A stretch of 64,000 bases of DNA from positions 124,001-188,000 of the forward strand of contig NIVC01001587.1 in the NCBI GenBank assembly GCA_002269645.1, read 5' to 3'. The first letter of the stretch is position 1. The number at the start of each line of letters is the position of its first letter. This document shows positions 35,701-48,275 of this stretch, in pieces. A program made the translations under genes and the position numbers. The notes beneath the pieces are model-generated. The model was not told the DNA's origin, ran no database searches, and saw nothing but the letters and a program-made list of their open reading frames with translations. Source of the stretch: Macrostomum lignano (taxonomy: Eukaryota).

Positions 35701-36110
35701 ATAGGCCATTCTTTGTTTGAACTTTTAGTACATTTTTGCTTGTTTTCATTTACTCTACTATTTCTTAAGTATTAGTAGAGATAGTATTAGTATTTATAGT
35801 AAGTCACTTTAGAAATAGTAGTGTCTACTAGTAATATTACTATTTAGAAATAGTAGTATTACCGTAGAAAGTCAATGGCCGCCTGCGTGTACAGTATTGG
35901 CGCGCTTGTATATGCTATGTATATTGGGTTGTAGCCTAGTGGTTAGATCGTCGGACTCACGACTGAAAGGTCGGGGGTTCGATTCTCGATCCTACCGGAA
36001 CAATTTGTGTCCTTGAGCAAGGCACTTAACTACCCCAGCTAATGCTGGCACCCTTTTTACAGCTGGCGAGAACTGAAGCAATTCAGAGTTGAGGGTGTCT
36101 GTGGTGACCC
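35701..36110 (+). repeat. About 415-bp direct duplication, copy 2
   Basis: Matches 32480-32895 and continues into the complete SINE 3' end. Confidence 0.9.
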
Positions 36111-36225
36111 CCAGTCCTTGGACTGAACAGCCGGACGCAGCCTTCAGATGCGCCGGTTGGACGTCTGGCCCAATTGGGGCAGGTGTAATCAATTATTATT
36201 ATTACTAATATTATTATTATTATTA
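35926..36225 (+). mobile_element. Full-length SINE family A copy with inverted CORE segment and (ATT)n tail
   Basis: tRNA-like head with A/B boxes, CORE-like block, 3' region shared with the 1329 copy, ATT-rich tail 36190-36225. Confidence 0.88.
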
Positions 36226-37238
36226 TATGCTCAGGAGTCGGCGGAATGAGCAGAATTGCCTTGCCGTCAGCGCTGGGTTGTGGGACGATGCCGCCCAAGG
36301 CATTGTAAAGAACTTTTACAAGTCAAATCTGCCATTAATTGAAAATTGATAAGAGCAGGCATACTGCTATGATTTTACTAAACTAATTAAAAATTTACGA
36401 CTAAGTTATAGACTCGCCCATTGTGTTATCTGATTGTCAATTCAACTGTCCCTCGCCACGCGCAATCAATGTACATCATACTCTCCGCCCAAGCGACCAA
36501 TTAGCTCACCCACCCCATCTGTCGTCCAATCAAATCAGATTTAATGGTGAGAAATAATGGCTACTCAAAAGTGTGTTAAATTGACGGTAAAAATTCTATA
36601 CAATGCACTTGTATGTTGCATCGTTGAATAATGGCCAGAACCACTCGTGCGGGCTACCATTGCCTTAGGGAGCCAAGAGCGGTGGTGCGAAAGTTTGTTT
36701 TTCATGACTGGACACTTGGCGGGGGGTTGTCGGAATCACAGACTGTTATATCTACATTCGTTCGAATTGGCACCCTGCTATTTACGCACATACTGTATAT
36801 AATGAGCATCTGCAGAGTTCATGTTAAATTTACACCCCCATTCAACAATAATAGGCCGGAATCAGTGCACCACCTGAGTGACGGGGTGACCCCCTAAGGT
36901 AGCGTATATATAGACTTATCACATCAAATGAGCCACCAAATCACACGAGCCTTAAAGGAATTGTGCAAATTTTTCTCACTGCACTTTTTGCTGCAATCAA
37001 ATTCATTCTGTCAATATTGCGTCATAATTTACCCCTGTAATAAACCCCAAAACCACGTGAGTCTGATCGCTATAAAGAATTCTAATTTATTAGCTAGAAC
37101 TGTTGCGTAATAGATTTGACTTTTAATTGTTCAACTGTACAGTTGGTGCCTTATTTAGTGACGCACAATGCTCAGCGGCTATAAAACTCTGGCAGAGCAG
37201 ATCGACGCACGGTCTATGCTTTCTCGATCGTCCCAGCT

Positions 37239-37496
37239 ATGCAGAGATCCACAGTCAGGCATCAGCAGAGCCTGCCACTCAGCCAGCCCTCCAATGCTAA
37301 CAGAGGTTTTGTTCTGCAGCAACAAACCTCGCTGCAGACTGCAGCTGCTGATGGTGCACCTTCGCGGCAGCAATTTGTGCAGATTGTGCAAAATTCCACA
37401 GGTGGACAGCGGCAGCCGCCTCAGGTGGTGTATCTGAGACCAGTGAGCTCTTCGAGTGCCGCACCGCCGGGCTCTTGCGCTGCGCTTCGGATGTTG
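37239..37496 (+). CDS. LRAT-domain gene exon 1 (Q-rich low complexity)
   Basis: ATG 37239 after upstream in-frame stop; donor TTG|GTAAGA phase 0. Confidence 0.55.
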
Positions 37497-37675
37497 GTAA
37501 GAAAGCGATGGGAATTACGAGGTGGGATTCCGCTCCCCGGGCCGCCCCGAATCGATTAAATAACTATTCCTCATCAGAGAGTTAATGCCAAGGACAACTT
37601 AAGTAGATATATATGTTACTTAAGTAGTCCTTGGTTAATGCTCCGGTAATACTACTCACTCTACTGAAATTTTAG

Positions 37676-37957
37676 CCATCGTCTTCAGTAGTACCTAATG
37701 GAGCTTTTGTTGCCAGAAGTTCGATGCGCACCCAGCAACAGCTGCAACCACGGCAGCAACTGCATCCACCGCAGCAACTGCATCCACTACAGCAACTGCA
37801 ACCACCGCAGCAACTGCAACCACCCCAGCAACTGCAACCACAACATCAACTGCAACCACCGCAGCAACTGCAACCACCGCAGCAACTGCAACCACCCCAA
37901 CAGCCACGTCAGCAGCAGCTACAGAGTTTGGCACAGTTTGTCACTATCTCTGAACCG
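37676..37957 (+). CDS. LRAT-domain gene exon 2 (QQLQPP repeats)
   Basis: TTTTAG acceptor and CCG|GTGAGA donor, phase 0/0; coding 18-bp repeat. Confidence 0.6.
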
Positions 37958-37989
37958 GTGAGAGAACGTTGATCACGTGATATTTTAAC

Positions 37990-38635
37990 AATTAGCTACC
38001 TGTAGAATTGAGAACATCTGCCACTCAACTACCTGTAGAATTCAGACCATCTATCAATTAGCTACCTGTGGAATTGAGAACATCTACCAATCGGCTACCT
38101 GTAGAATTGAGAACAGCTACCAATCAGCTACCTGTAGAATCGAGAACAGCTACCACTCAGCTACCTGTAGAATTCAGACCATCTACCAATCAGCTACCTG
38201 TAGAATTGAGAACAACTACCAATCAGCTACCTGTAGAATTGAGAACAACTACCACTCAGCTACCTGTAGAATTGAGAACAGCTACCACTCAGCTACCTGT
38301 AGAATTGAGAACATCTACCAATCAGCTACCTGTAGAATTGAGAACAGCTACCAATCAGCTACCTGTAGAATTGAGAACAGCTACCAATCAGCTACCTGTA
38401 GAATCGAGAACAGCTACCAATCAGCTACCTGTAGAATTGAGAACAGCTACCAATCAGCTACCTGTAGAATTGAGAACATCTACCACTCAACTACCTGTAG
38501 AATTCAGACCATCTACCAATCAGCTACCTGTAGAATTGAGAACAGCTACCAATCGGCTACCTGTAGAATTGAGAACAGCTACCAATCGGCTACCTGTAGA
38601 ATTGAGAACAGCTACCACTCAGCTACCTGTAGAAG
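37990..38635. repeat. 33-bp intronic minisatellite (AGCTACCTGTAGAATTGAGAACAGCTACCAATC)n
   Basis: About 19 copies. Confidence 0.95.
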
Positions 38636-38670
38636 GGCAAATAATACTAAAAAGGAGTCTACAATCGCAG

Positions 38671-38946
38671 GAGCCTCCACCGCCGTACTGCTTGGTGGAC
38701 AGTCATCAAAGCTTCGTGCAGCAGATGCAGTTGCTCAGCCTACCGTCCCAGCCTCCGCCCTACACCGCTGTCGCTTCATCGGCAGTCCCTGCGAGTTCGC
38801 AGACTCCAAGATTTGTTTCGTACGCCCCATCCGGAGCATTCGTTCCAGCCTCGTCGGTGGCAACAGCCGTCCAGCCTCGGGCAAGGAGGGTCGCCTTGGC
38901 CCGCTGCGGCACTGCCACCAACACTGCCGGTGTCTGGCAGAGTGGG
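38671..38946 (+). CDS. LRAT-domain gene exon 3 (two PPPY motifs)
   Basis: TCGCAG acceptor phase 0; 3' end uncertain (phase-0 donors after 38889 or 38946). Confidence 0.55.
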
Positions 38947-39074
38947 GTACATGTTTTTCCTGCTCTTCTTTCGCTTAAGCTTTAACTAAATTCGTTGGTT
39001 CGCTCTGTTCCGCCTCTACACTCTACGCTACTCTGATGAAGTTCTCAGCTTTATAATCGAATCTACATTCTTGC

Positions 39075-39285
39075 CTTCTACTCTCCACTCTACTATTGTC
39101 TTTTACTCTCCACCCTACTCCTGTCTTCTACTCTCCACCCTACTCTGTCTTCTACTCTCCACTCTACTCTTGCCTTCTACTCTCCACTCTACTCTGTTTT
39201 CTACTCCACTCTACTCTGTCTTCTACTCTCCACTCTACTCTTGCCTTCTACTCTCCACTCTACTCTGTCTTCTACTCTATATTCT
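39075..39285. repeat. Pyrimidine-rich about 24-bp intronic repeat (CTACTCTCCACTCTACTCTGTCTT)
   Basis: Direct inspection. Confidence 0.85.
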
Positions 39286-39510
39286 ACAGTACCTTGTATT
39301 TTATACTCTTCTCACCTGTCAACTCTACACTGTAAGAGCGTACCTTCTGTCATAAAATTTATAGTTCCTCTGCAGTCATAGCTACGATACAGTCTATTAA
39401 GTGCTGTTTTGATACACTATATACTCGTATTTTACGAGCTGCTTTAAAACCAATAGCATCAGTTAAATGTCTGGTCAAAATATTTTTCTACTTTCCAATC
39501 ATTATTCAAG

Positions 39511-39696
39511 GCTGCAACCAGTGTTGCAAAGTCCATCACGACTATTGCGTCATCGGCTGGTGCTGATGGACACGGCAGCCTTCCAAGGATTGTACTTTTA
39601 AAGTCCACTGGTGGTTCAACTTCTGCGCCTGCGGCGGTTATGGCGGCTCCAACTGGTGTCCGCTCTGCTTGTTTGTCTTCAGCAGCGTCTACTCAG
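39511..39696 (+). CDS. LRAT-domain gene exon 4 (S/A/T-rich)
   Basis: TTCAAG acceptor, CAG|GTTTGT donor, 62 codons open. Confidence 0.55.
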
Positions 39697-39788
39697 GTTT
39701 GTCATTTTTTCTCCGCTCTTTGATTGGTTGGCTTCAGGCTGTTAATTAATTAATTAGCTTTTCACCATCATCCGCTCTGTTTTCGCAG

Positions 39789-39899
39789 CCAATTGCTTCG
39801 ACTCTAGCCAACAGCAGCAGAAGCAGTGGTCTTACTGCACAGTCAGACTCTCCTGAGCCGTCTGCACCTCCGCCGCCAGAGAGTTTTATCACTTGTTCG
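39789..39899 (+). CDS. LRAT-domain gene exon 5
   Basis: TTTCGCAG acceptor, TCG|GTGCGT donor, 37 codons open. Confidence 0.55.
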
Positions 39900-39929
39900 G
39901 TGCGTCTTGCCCACATTCACCTCACTTCC

Positions 39930-40135
39930 CTTCTATCCCTTCCCCTAGGCCGACTACAGAGCCAACACCCACCCCACTCCCTTTCCGTCCCTTACCCCTA
40001 GGCCGACTTCAAGGCCAACACCCACCCCACTCTCTTCCGTCCCTTACCCCTAGGCTGACTGCAGAGCCAACATGCACCCCATTCCCCTTCTGTCCCTCAC
40101 CCCAAAGATAAAGCCAACACGCACCCCACTCCGCC
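39930..40135. repeat. About 53-bp intronic repeat, about 4 copies
   Basis: CCCTAGGC at 39943, 39996, 40048. Confidence 0.8.
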
Positions 40136-40150
40136 TCCCGATTCGGTCAG

Positions 40151-40723
40151 GTTCAGCTCCGGTCAACAGCTTCGTCGGTATGCGTTCCGACTGCTTTTCT
40201 GCGAACTGTGACAGTGCAGCAACCACCAATACAACAGCAACAGCAACAGCAACAGCAGTCGCAATTGGAGCAGCCAGAGCAAGATAAGCAAGACCAAAAG
40301 AAGAAAATCAACAAAAAGAAAATAAAACAGCAAAAATCTCTGCCTGATGACGTCGCTGCCGCCGCCGCCGCCGCCGCTACCAGCTCTGACGCTGATGAAT
40401 CAGCGGAGAAGCGTCGCATCACAGCCCAGCTGCTCAAGTGCGACCGCTGCCAAAGCGACTTCAGCTGTCTGCACCCGATTCAAAAGCCACAGCCGAGACC
40501 AAACGCAGACTTGGCAGCCGACGATCGATCGGACGACGGTTTGGCTTCCGAAGACGACGAGGACGAGCTCATGTGCGGGCGCTGCAGCTCCAGGATTAGC
40601 TTATCTAGCAGGCTCGGCTACTGGCAGCGGCACCGGCTGCCGGACACCGTTGCCGCTCTGCGCGACTTGTTCAAAGGCCAGCTGTCTAGCGGTCGGAGCC
40701 GCCAGCCCTTCCAGATGGTCAAG
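40151..40723 (+). CDS. LRAT-domain gene exon 6 (polyQ, basic patch, two C-x2-C pairs)
   Basis: GGTCAG acceptor phase 0; KCDRC...MCGRC; donor AAG|GTTGGT phase 0 joins exon 7 in frame. Confidence 0.7.
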
Positions 40724-40737
40724 GTTGGTGCTGTTGC

Positions 40738-40739
<2 letters not shown>

Positions 40740-40807
<68 letters not shown>

Positions 40808-43581
40808 GATGCCAACCACCTAACATCAACGGCTAGGGGCCTCCTCCCTGGCCCCCCACGGTCGCAGGCCTCTCCACCACAATCAATACTTCAGAGCTTC
40901 CTCCGGCTGTTCACAGACCGCCCGAAGGCCACTGCAACACCACGCCCTCTCACTCTCGTAGCTCTTCTCTGGAGCACTTCCAGCTTAGCCCAGCTCTCCT
41001 CTCCAAGCCACGGCATCCAGACAGTCGATCCATACATAATTTTACTCTCGACAATCGCCTCGTGCTTGCTTTGCCAGCCCCAGTCGCTGCCTGCCAGCTT
41101 CCTGAGCAGCTAGACGCATCCCTTACAGGCCTAGCAGATCTCTTGCACGTGCTTACCGAAACTCAGCTTACTATCATAGGTAACGCCTAGGAATTTGGGG
41201 TTCTTTTCCCAAATCAGGCTTCCCTCTCAGGCTGATGACCACTTCGCTAGGGATACTCTTTCGCCCACTAACACTGAACAGAGTCAAAGTGCATTGACTG
41301 GGAGCCACCGGCAACAGCCACCTTTTGCTCCAGTCTTCCACCAGCTCTATCACCTCCTTAATCTTCACCGCCGCTCTTCTGCTATCGTTCTCACACGCCC
41401 AAGCCGCCAGGTCATCTGCGTACCCGCTCACTTCAACACCTTCCATTGCCCCTATCTTCTCCAACAGGTCGTCAATGAAAATCAGGAACAGGACCGGCGA
41501 CAGCACGGAGCCCTGTGGCAGCCTTTGCCTCAAACACACAACCGTGCCATCTCTATCCTGATAGCGGACGACCGCTATCCGGTTTGCCAGCCAATTTCTG
41601 ATCCATTTCACCATTCGTCTTGCTCAATCCTTTCTGCAACGCTTTCCATGGAAGCCCATGCCTTCACACCTTATCGAACGCCCTTTCAAAGTTCACCAGG
41701 GTCAGGACTCCGCCGTCCCCTCTCTGGAGGGCATCTTCCGTCGCCTGAGAGAGTCTGAGGAGCTGGTTGATCATCTTCCCACCCGGAATACCGCTTGACT
41801 GTCACTGAGGCCCTTCCTTTCCAAGTAGAATTGCATTCTGCTCGCCAATATCATTTCCATCCATTTTCCTACGCAGGACGCGAGGCATACCGGTCTAGCT
41901 GCTTTGTTGCCGTCCAACTCGTTTAGCGCTTGCTTCGTCTCCTACATGCTGAGCTCACTGCTCTCACTCGTATCTGGTCCCTCCTCGCTCAACATTTGAG
42001 ACACCTGCCGTTTCGCCCATCTATGGCTTCTGGGGACACGCACGTGGCTGACCCTCGTGTATTCTCTCGGAAATGCTCCCGCTTTGGCTCCATCCCATCT
42101 GTACTCCTGGCCGCCGTGCTCGAGGACCCTGCTCTTTTCATCTCCGATCTTGCCCTTAAGTTGGTTGAGCACTCTCCACATCTTTAACGATGTCGCATTA
42201 GCTTCTAGGTGTTGCCGCCATTCCTGTCTCTTCTTCCCGCTGATCATTTCCTTGGCTTTGCAATCGAGCTCCGTCCAACGTTCGTCATTCCCTTCCTTCC
42301 TCGCCCTGTTTCTTTCTTCAAGCATCAGCTGGACCTCCTCGTCAACCAGGTTTCTATTCCTGGATACATTTCCTCGCTGCCGCCAGGATGACTTGCCTCG
42401 CACCGGCTTCCACGCCTGCAACGCTGCTACAGTTGAATCTGTACTCTCTGCATCCTTTATCAATTTGTTCTCTGAACGCCTGCCAATCGGCCTTCCAATT
42501 CCAGCGGACAAAAAATCCGCCTAGCTTTGGTTTCGGCATCTCTACCGCCAGCCTGCATCACTATGGGAAGATGGTCAGAGCTCAGCTTCTGGAGGGTGCT
42601 CCAGGACCACGACTGCTCCTTAGAGCCGTGACAGAAGGTGACGTCGAGAGCCGACCGCACTCCTGTGCCCTTTCCCACCCTCGTGGCAAGGTCGTCATTC
42701 AGACACACCATGCCTCTGTCGTCCGCCCATTCAACCAGCGTCGACCCCCTCACCTCCTCGTCTATCATGCCATCCCAGACCTCGTCATACGCATTGAAGT
42801 CTCCTCCTACTAACCTTTTCTCCCCTCCACGCAATGTGTACAGCGCATCTCTCCAGCTTCCGTCTTCGCCCGGGGCATGTAGCGGTTTAGCACGCTCAGC
42901 TTCTCCGCCATCGCTTCAAGCCTCCCTCCAGCACTCTCTTCTGGGACTCTCAGACTCCTATCGCACAGTCTCTCTCTAATTAAAATGGCCCGGCCTCCGC
43001 CTCTCGCCTTCCAGCATCCCCTCCACTCTGCGCCTGCCGCGTCTCAACAGCGCGTACCCTGGAAAGACGGGGTCCGGGTCCGCAGCCCTCAGCTTCGTTT
43101 CCTGTATCAGCGCAATGTCCATCACCTCCTCCTCCAGCAGGTTAGCTAGCTCGGCTGTTTTAGTGTGCAGGTGGTCGCAGTTTCACTGAAGCACCCTCCA
43201 GCTGGGTAGCTTTCCGGCGGCAGTGTCACATTCTATAGCGTTCCCGCCACTCCCTCTCTCAGCCTCTCTCTTGCTCCCGGCACGATCTGCAAGGTCCGAG
43301 ACGCATTCCCTGCATTTCCATCCACCGCTAGATCCCAGCCGTCTAAACGCTTTCTACTCACTTCCCCAACGCAGCACCAATGCATCCTCTTAGAACACAG
43401 CGCGCAGCACGCTCCGACGTTCTTTCTACAGTAACGGAGACATTCCGCACAGCGGACCGCCCTATAGGTTGGTAAATTGGCATTATGTCCTCTTTCGTTC
43501 GGCAGTTGACTCTGACGAGCTCCCGCCTTAACACAGCACGCCACGTGAAGGCTTGAGGACTGTGCTGCAATCCTTCCTTTT
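40740..43581 (-). mobile_element. Degenerate non-LTR retrotransposon (I group, Ingi/Vingi-like): PHD finger, APE endonuclease, RT, (AAC)n tail
   Basis: Minus strand: CAEC...CALC..RMH..C PHD-like; RVLQ*NCD, IALIQETKL, GGDFNA, SDHLPI (APE); LPQGSVLSPVLF, YADDLA (RT); LRKLAGSDWG; no RNase H seen; TSD GTTGGT(G/A)CTGTTGCTG at 40724-40739 and 43582-43597. Confidence 0.9.
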
Positions 43582-43810
43582 GTTGGTACTGTTGCTGGTG
43601 TGTGTGTAAATCAGTATCCCTCAGGGTGCCTGTTAAAGAAACTCCTCATGTAATTTCTGATGGCTCTCTTTCATAGCAAGTGCTTCTCAAATAGTGACCT
43701 TTTGAAGGCCGATTTTTAATCTTATGTTTAAAAAAGCTGCTAGTAGAAATGCGGTCATTTTGTTCTCGAATTTTCTATCAATTTAAACAAAACCGTGAAC
43801 CGCCGTCCAG

Positions 43811-44326
43811 GTGTACGACATTGACGAGTTGACCACCGGCTGTCAGGTGGCGTTCCGCCGCAGCCTCGGCTACTACCATCACGCCATCGTGGCCGACGTT
43901 GGCGCCGAGTTCTTCGACTCGATCGAGTACGACTTCCAGTTGCGCCGAGGTGGCGGCAGTTCCGGAGACGGCGGCGGCAGGACCTGCGTGCGCCGGCGTA
44001 GCCGGGAGTTTAAGCGGGAGCAGCCGAGCCTCTATAGGGTGGACTACCACAGCCTCGACTGCTATGAGCCGGACATTGTAGTTGACAGGGCCAATAGAAG
44101 GCTGAACGAGACACAGTACAGTCTCATTAGGAGCAACTGCGAGCACCTGGCTGTGTGGGCCAAAACCGGCGCCTGGGAGTCCTATCAGCTGCGCCAGCTC
44201 GAGCAGAAGCTGACTAGGAGCGGTGGCGAGAGTCAGTCCGTTCGGGTGGAACCCATTCTCATCCGGGATCCCGAACAGGAGGAGGCCGGGGAGAGAACCC
44301 GCAGCAACCGTCCGCTGCAGGTCTGA
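43811..44326 (+). CDS. LRAT-domain gene exon 7: LRAT/NlpC-P60-like (PLAAT/HRASLS family) domain
   Basis: YYHHAIV and YSLIRSNCEHLAVWAKTG motifs; GTCCAG acceptor phase 0; stop at 44326. Confidence 0.85.
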   Translation: MYDIDELTTGCQVAFRRSLGYYHHAIVADVGAEFFDSIEYDFQLRRGGGSSGDGGGRTCVRRRSREFKREQPSLYRVDYHSLDCYEPDIVVDRANRRLNETQYSLIRSNCEHLAVWAKTGAWESYQLRQLEQKLTRSGGESQSVRVEPILIRDPEQEEAGERTRSNRPLQV

Positions 44327-44809
44327 GTGCAGGTACACTTTAAATTGAGTGTCAGTTTAAACTTTATTGCATAATACATATGACAACCTCTATTGGTTGG
44401 TCAGTTCCATTAGTGCCCTCCCTCTCTCTTGTCTCTGATTGGTCAGTTCCATTCATTCTCTCTCTCTCTCTCCCTCTCTCTCCCTCTTAAATGTGCACAA
44501 TTGCACAGTGTTTTTGGATTTCGCCGTTTTAAAAAACTGACTACCCATTCTCTTACGGTGTCGTTGGGTCATTATTAAAGAAATTTGATGTTATTTTTTG
44601 TAACAAATCCTTTGTGTGCCGTCTGTGCGAGTACTGCTCAAAATTTGAAGTTCAGTTTTTTGTTTAAAAAATATGTTTATTTGTTTAATAATAAACTGTC
44701 TCGTATCATATCGGTGCTTAGAGCTTTCTGTCTTATACGATAGCAACAATAGCAATACGAACTGAAAAATAGTTCATCTATTTAGGCCTTAATTTTTTCT
44801 GCTTGCTAG

Positions 44810-45270
<461 letters not shown>

Positions 45271-45754
45271 GTTGATAATGTTGATAATGTTGATCTACAT
45301 AGCGATTATGCCCTCACAAGTCTGTTACAACAAAGGTTAAAGCATTCGGAGGAAGAAGAGGAACTTTTTGAGGTGTTTGCCACGTCAGAACATGACAGCA
45401 TCCAAGAATTCGTCAAGTTTCAGGCACGTTGGAGTTGGGACTCCAACCACGTGACTCTGGTTGTTTTCCTAGGCAGAAAGCTTATTTGCAAGAGCTTAAA
45501 AGTAAAAATGAATGCATGATTTTTTGACGCCTTGGGCAACTTGGCCCGTGCCTTGGGTAACTTATTGTGATTATGTGCTACAAAGTAGCTCGTATAAAGC
45601 AGATTTTATAATTAAATACGAGCGTAGTAGTAGTAGGCAAAGTTATCCCCTGCCAACCCCGTACTCTCAAGGCAATGTACAGTGTAATATGTACAGCCGG
45701 TGTGTTGAAATGTCTATGGCCAGGAGTTGTCTTATTTAGTCGCTCTTTTGCTAG

Positions 45755-45810
45755 TTCACTTAACTGTAAAAATGGGTACCAGCATTAGCTGGGGTAGTTG
45801 AGGGTTACTT
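45755..45810 (+). mobile_element. SINE family A fragment (non-inverted CORE end)
   Basis: CACTTAACT...AATGGGTACCAGCATTAGCTGGGGTAGTTGAGGG. Confidence 0.6.
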
Positions 45811-45839
45811 TGCCTTCTTGTGTGCGGCCTATTCTTGCG

Positions 45840-46032
45840 GTGGTAGAATACACACGCTCACGCAGGGTGTACAGCGACCTTTTGACAGTCTAATCGTCAG
45901 GCATGTACACTCCCTGTGCCTTGGGGGTTGGCCTCCATCGCTTTGAATCGTACGACAACTCGCAGGGCCAATTTTCGCACGGAATCGAACCAGGGGTCGT
46001 GGCACGAGAGTCGGCTGCTCTGCCCCCATGGT
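45840..46032 (-). mobile_element. SINE family B-related copy with different 5' linker
   Basis: Shares GTGTACAGCG...CGTCAGGCATGTACACT...GTGCCTTGGGGGTTGGCC; B box GGAATCGAACC (reverse complement). Confidence 0.7.
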
Positions 46033-46479
46033 TGGAGTTTATAGCGATTTATTCACTCTGCGATGCACCCGTGCTGTGCTTCGTTATATCTCAAAAAGTT
46101 ACTGTCAAATTCAGCAATTCTTTTTCTAGCGATAAATACTCGATGGTATTTTGATTTTCTTTATCTTTCTTTCATCCAGTTTAATTCCCGGCATCAGAAA
46201 TCATTTCTCATATTGTCGTCTGACTTTCTCGAATTGTCACGTTTAATTTCCGGAGTTGCCGCTCTCCGTGCAAGAAAATAATCGGTGGTGCTGACGCGAA
46301 TAACTGCATTGAAATTTGCCAATTCGGCGGCTTCAATTTGTTGGAACCGGTCACGCGACAGTTCAATAGAGTTAGAATAGGACTGGCTTTCTAAATTATT
46401 GATACATGGACTACCTGACACTAGATACATGGACTAATTGTCAAAGCAGACAATTACTCGAGTTCAAGGACTACTCGGC

Positions 46480-47280
46480 CCTAAAAACTACCCAATTTCA
46501 AAGACAACTCAGTCCCGAAAACTACTCAATCTCAAGGACTGCTCAGTCCCGAAAACTACTCAATCTCAAGGACTGCTCAGTCCCGAAAACTACTCAATCT
46601 CAAGGACTGCTCAGTCCCGAAAACTACTCAATCTCAAGGACTGCTCAGTCCCGAAAACTACTCAATCTCAAGGACTGCTCAGTCCCGAAAACTACTCAAT
46701 CTCAAGGACTGCTCAGTCCCGAAAACTACTCAATCTCAAGGACAACTCAGTCCCGAAGGCTACTCAATCTCAAGGACAACTCAGCCCCGAAAACTACTCA
46801 ATCTCAAGGACTGCTCAGTCCCGAAACTACTCAATCTCAAGGACAACTCAGTCCCGAAGGCTACTCAATCTCAAGGACAACTCAGCCCCGAAGACTACTC
46901 AATCTCAAGGACAACTCAGCCCCGAAGACTACTCAATCTCAAGGACAACTCAACCCCGAAAACTACTCAATCTCAAGGACTGCTCAGTCCCGAAAGCTAC
47001 TCAATTTCAAGAACTACTCAGCCCTGAAAAATACCCAATTTCAAGCACTACTCAGCCCTGAAAAATACCCTATTTCAATAACTACTCAGCCCTGAAAAAT
47101 ACCCAATTTCAAGAACTACTCAGCCCTGAAAAATACCCAATTTCAAGAACTACTCAGCCCTGAAAAATACCCTATTTCAAGAACTACTCAGCCCTGAAAA
47201 ATACCCCATTTCAAGAACTACTCAGCCCTGAAAAATACCCTACTTCAAGGACTACTCAGCCCCGAAGAATACCCCATTTC
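46480..47280. repeat. 34-bp minisatellite (CTCAGTCCCGAAAACTACTCAATCTCAAGGACTG)n with drifting variants
   Basis: Direct inspection. Confidence 0.95.
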
Positions 47281-48149
47281 AAGGTCAGCTGAGCGCATCA
47301 AAAAAAATCTGAGCAGTTTTGGATCATCTAACTTTCTACTCACAACGCTACAGTTAGTATATAAAAATGTTACGCACAACAGATGACAACGAAAAATGGT
47401 TATAACAGTGAGTCATGTAGTAAAAATACGTTGAGTGCAGAGTTTCCACAGTTTAAACTGTGACTGAATTAGCTAAATAAACTTAGTTAATCGAAGCCTA
47501 CAATCCTAAAAATACAAAACATATGCTGGTACAGCATAATAGTAATATAATCGCATATAATAAATTATTAAACACGAGTTGACAGCTGGCCTCACACGAA
47601 ACGGACACAATTTTAATTAAAGTTGATGACAAAAGAATCATGATCACAGGCCCGTGACAGGAATGACCTGAATCTTGGTCGGGGTCTTAACGACTGGGAC
47701 AGAAAATGGATAACGCAAATGGAAAAATAATTACTCTAAAACCAGCCGGTAATTATCATGCCTGTATAATTGTAACCATTTTTGGTTATCAGAGTTTTAA
47801 TCAGAGTCAAACGAAATTGCTGAGATACTTCGTAGAATGTATTAGCAACCGGTCTTTGTGGCGTCTTAAGGGTCTTGGCAGTTTTCGTCTCCGCCCTCTG
47901 GCAACTTCATTGGCTCTCGCCAACGCGATTTAAGGTCTTTAAATCGCTGGTCAGCAAAGCCTCTCTATCCGGCCCTTGGGTATTTTGAAACTTTACAATA
48001 GCAATCCAGCGTGCTTTGTGTCTCTTCTCAGCTCCCTTCTCTCTTCTCTCTTCTCTTTCTCTCCTCCCATCTCTCACCCTCTCTTCTCTTCTCTTCTCTT
48101 TCATCTTCTATGCCCTCTCTTTTCCACTCTCATCTGGCGTCCCACAACC

Positions 48150-48275
48150 AGCGGTGAGGCAATTCATGCCCATTGCGCTGACTGCACGTACAAGCGCCAA
48201 TACTGTACGCAGGCAGGCACTCAGACACACGCTCACACAGGGTGTACATCGGTCTTGACTTTCTAGCATGTACAC
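48150..48275 (-). mobile_element. SINE family B fragment
   Basis: CACACGCTCACACAGGGTGTACA...GCATGTACACT. Confidence 0.55.

Noticed and set aside
40601-40823. Poly-Val, poly-Leu, poly-Asn and poly-Thr ORFs
   Set aside because: Translations of the retrotransposon (AAC)n tail inside an intron
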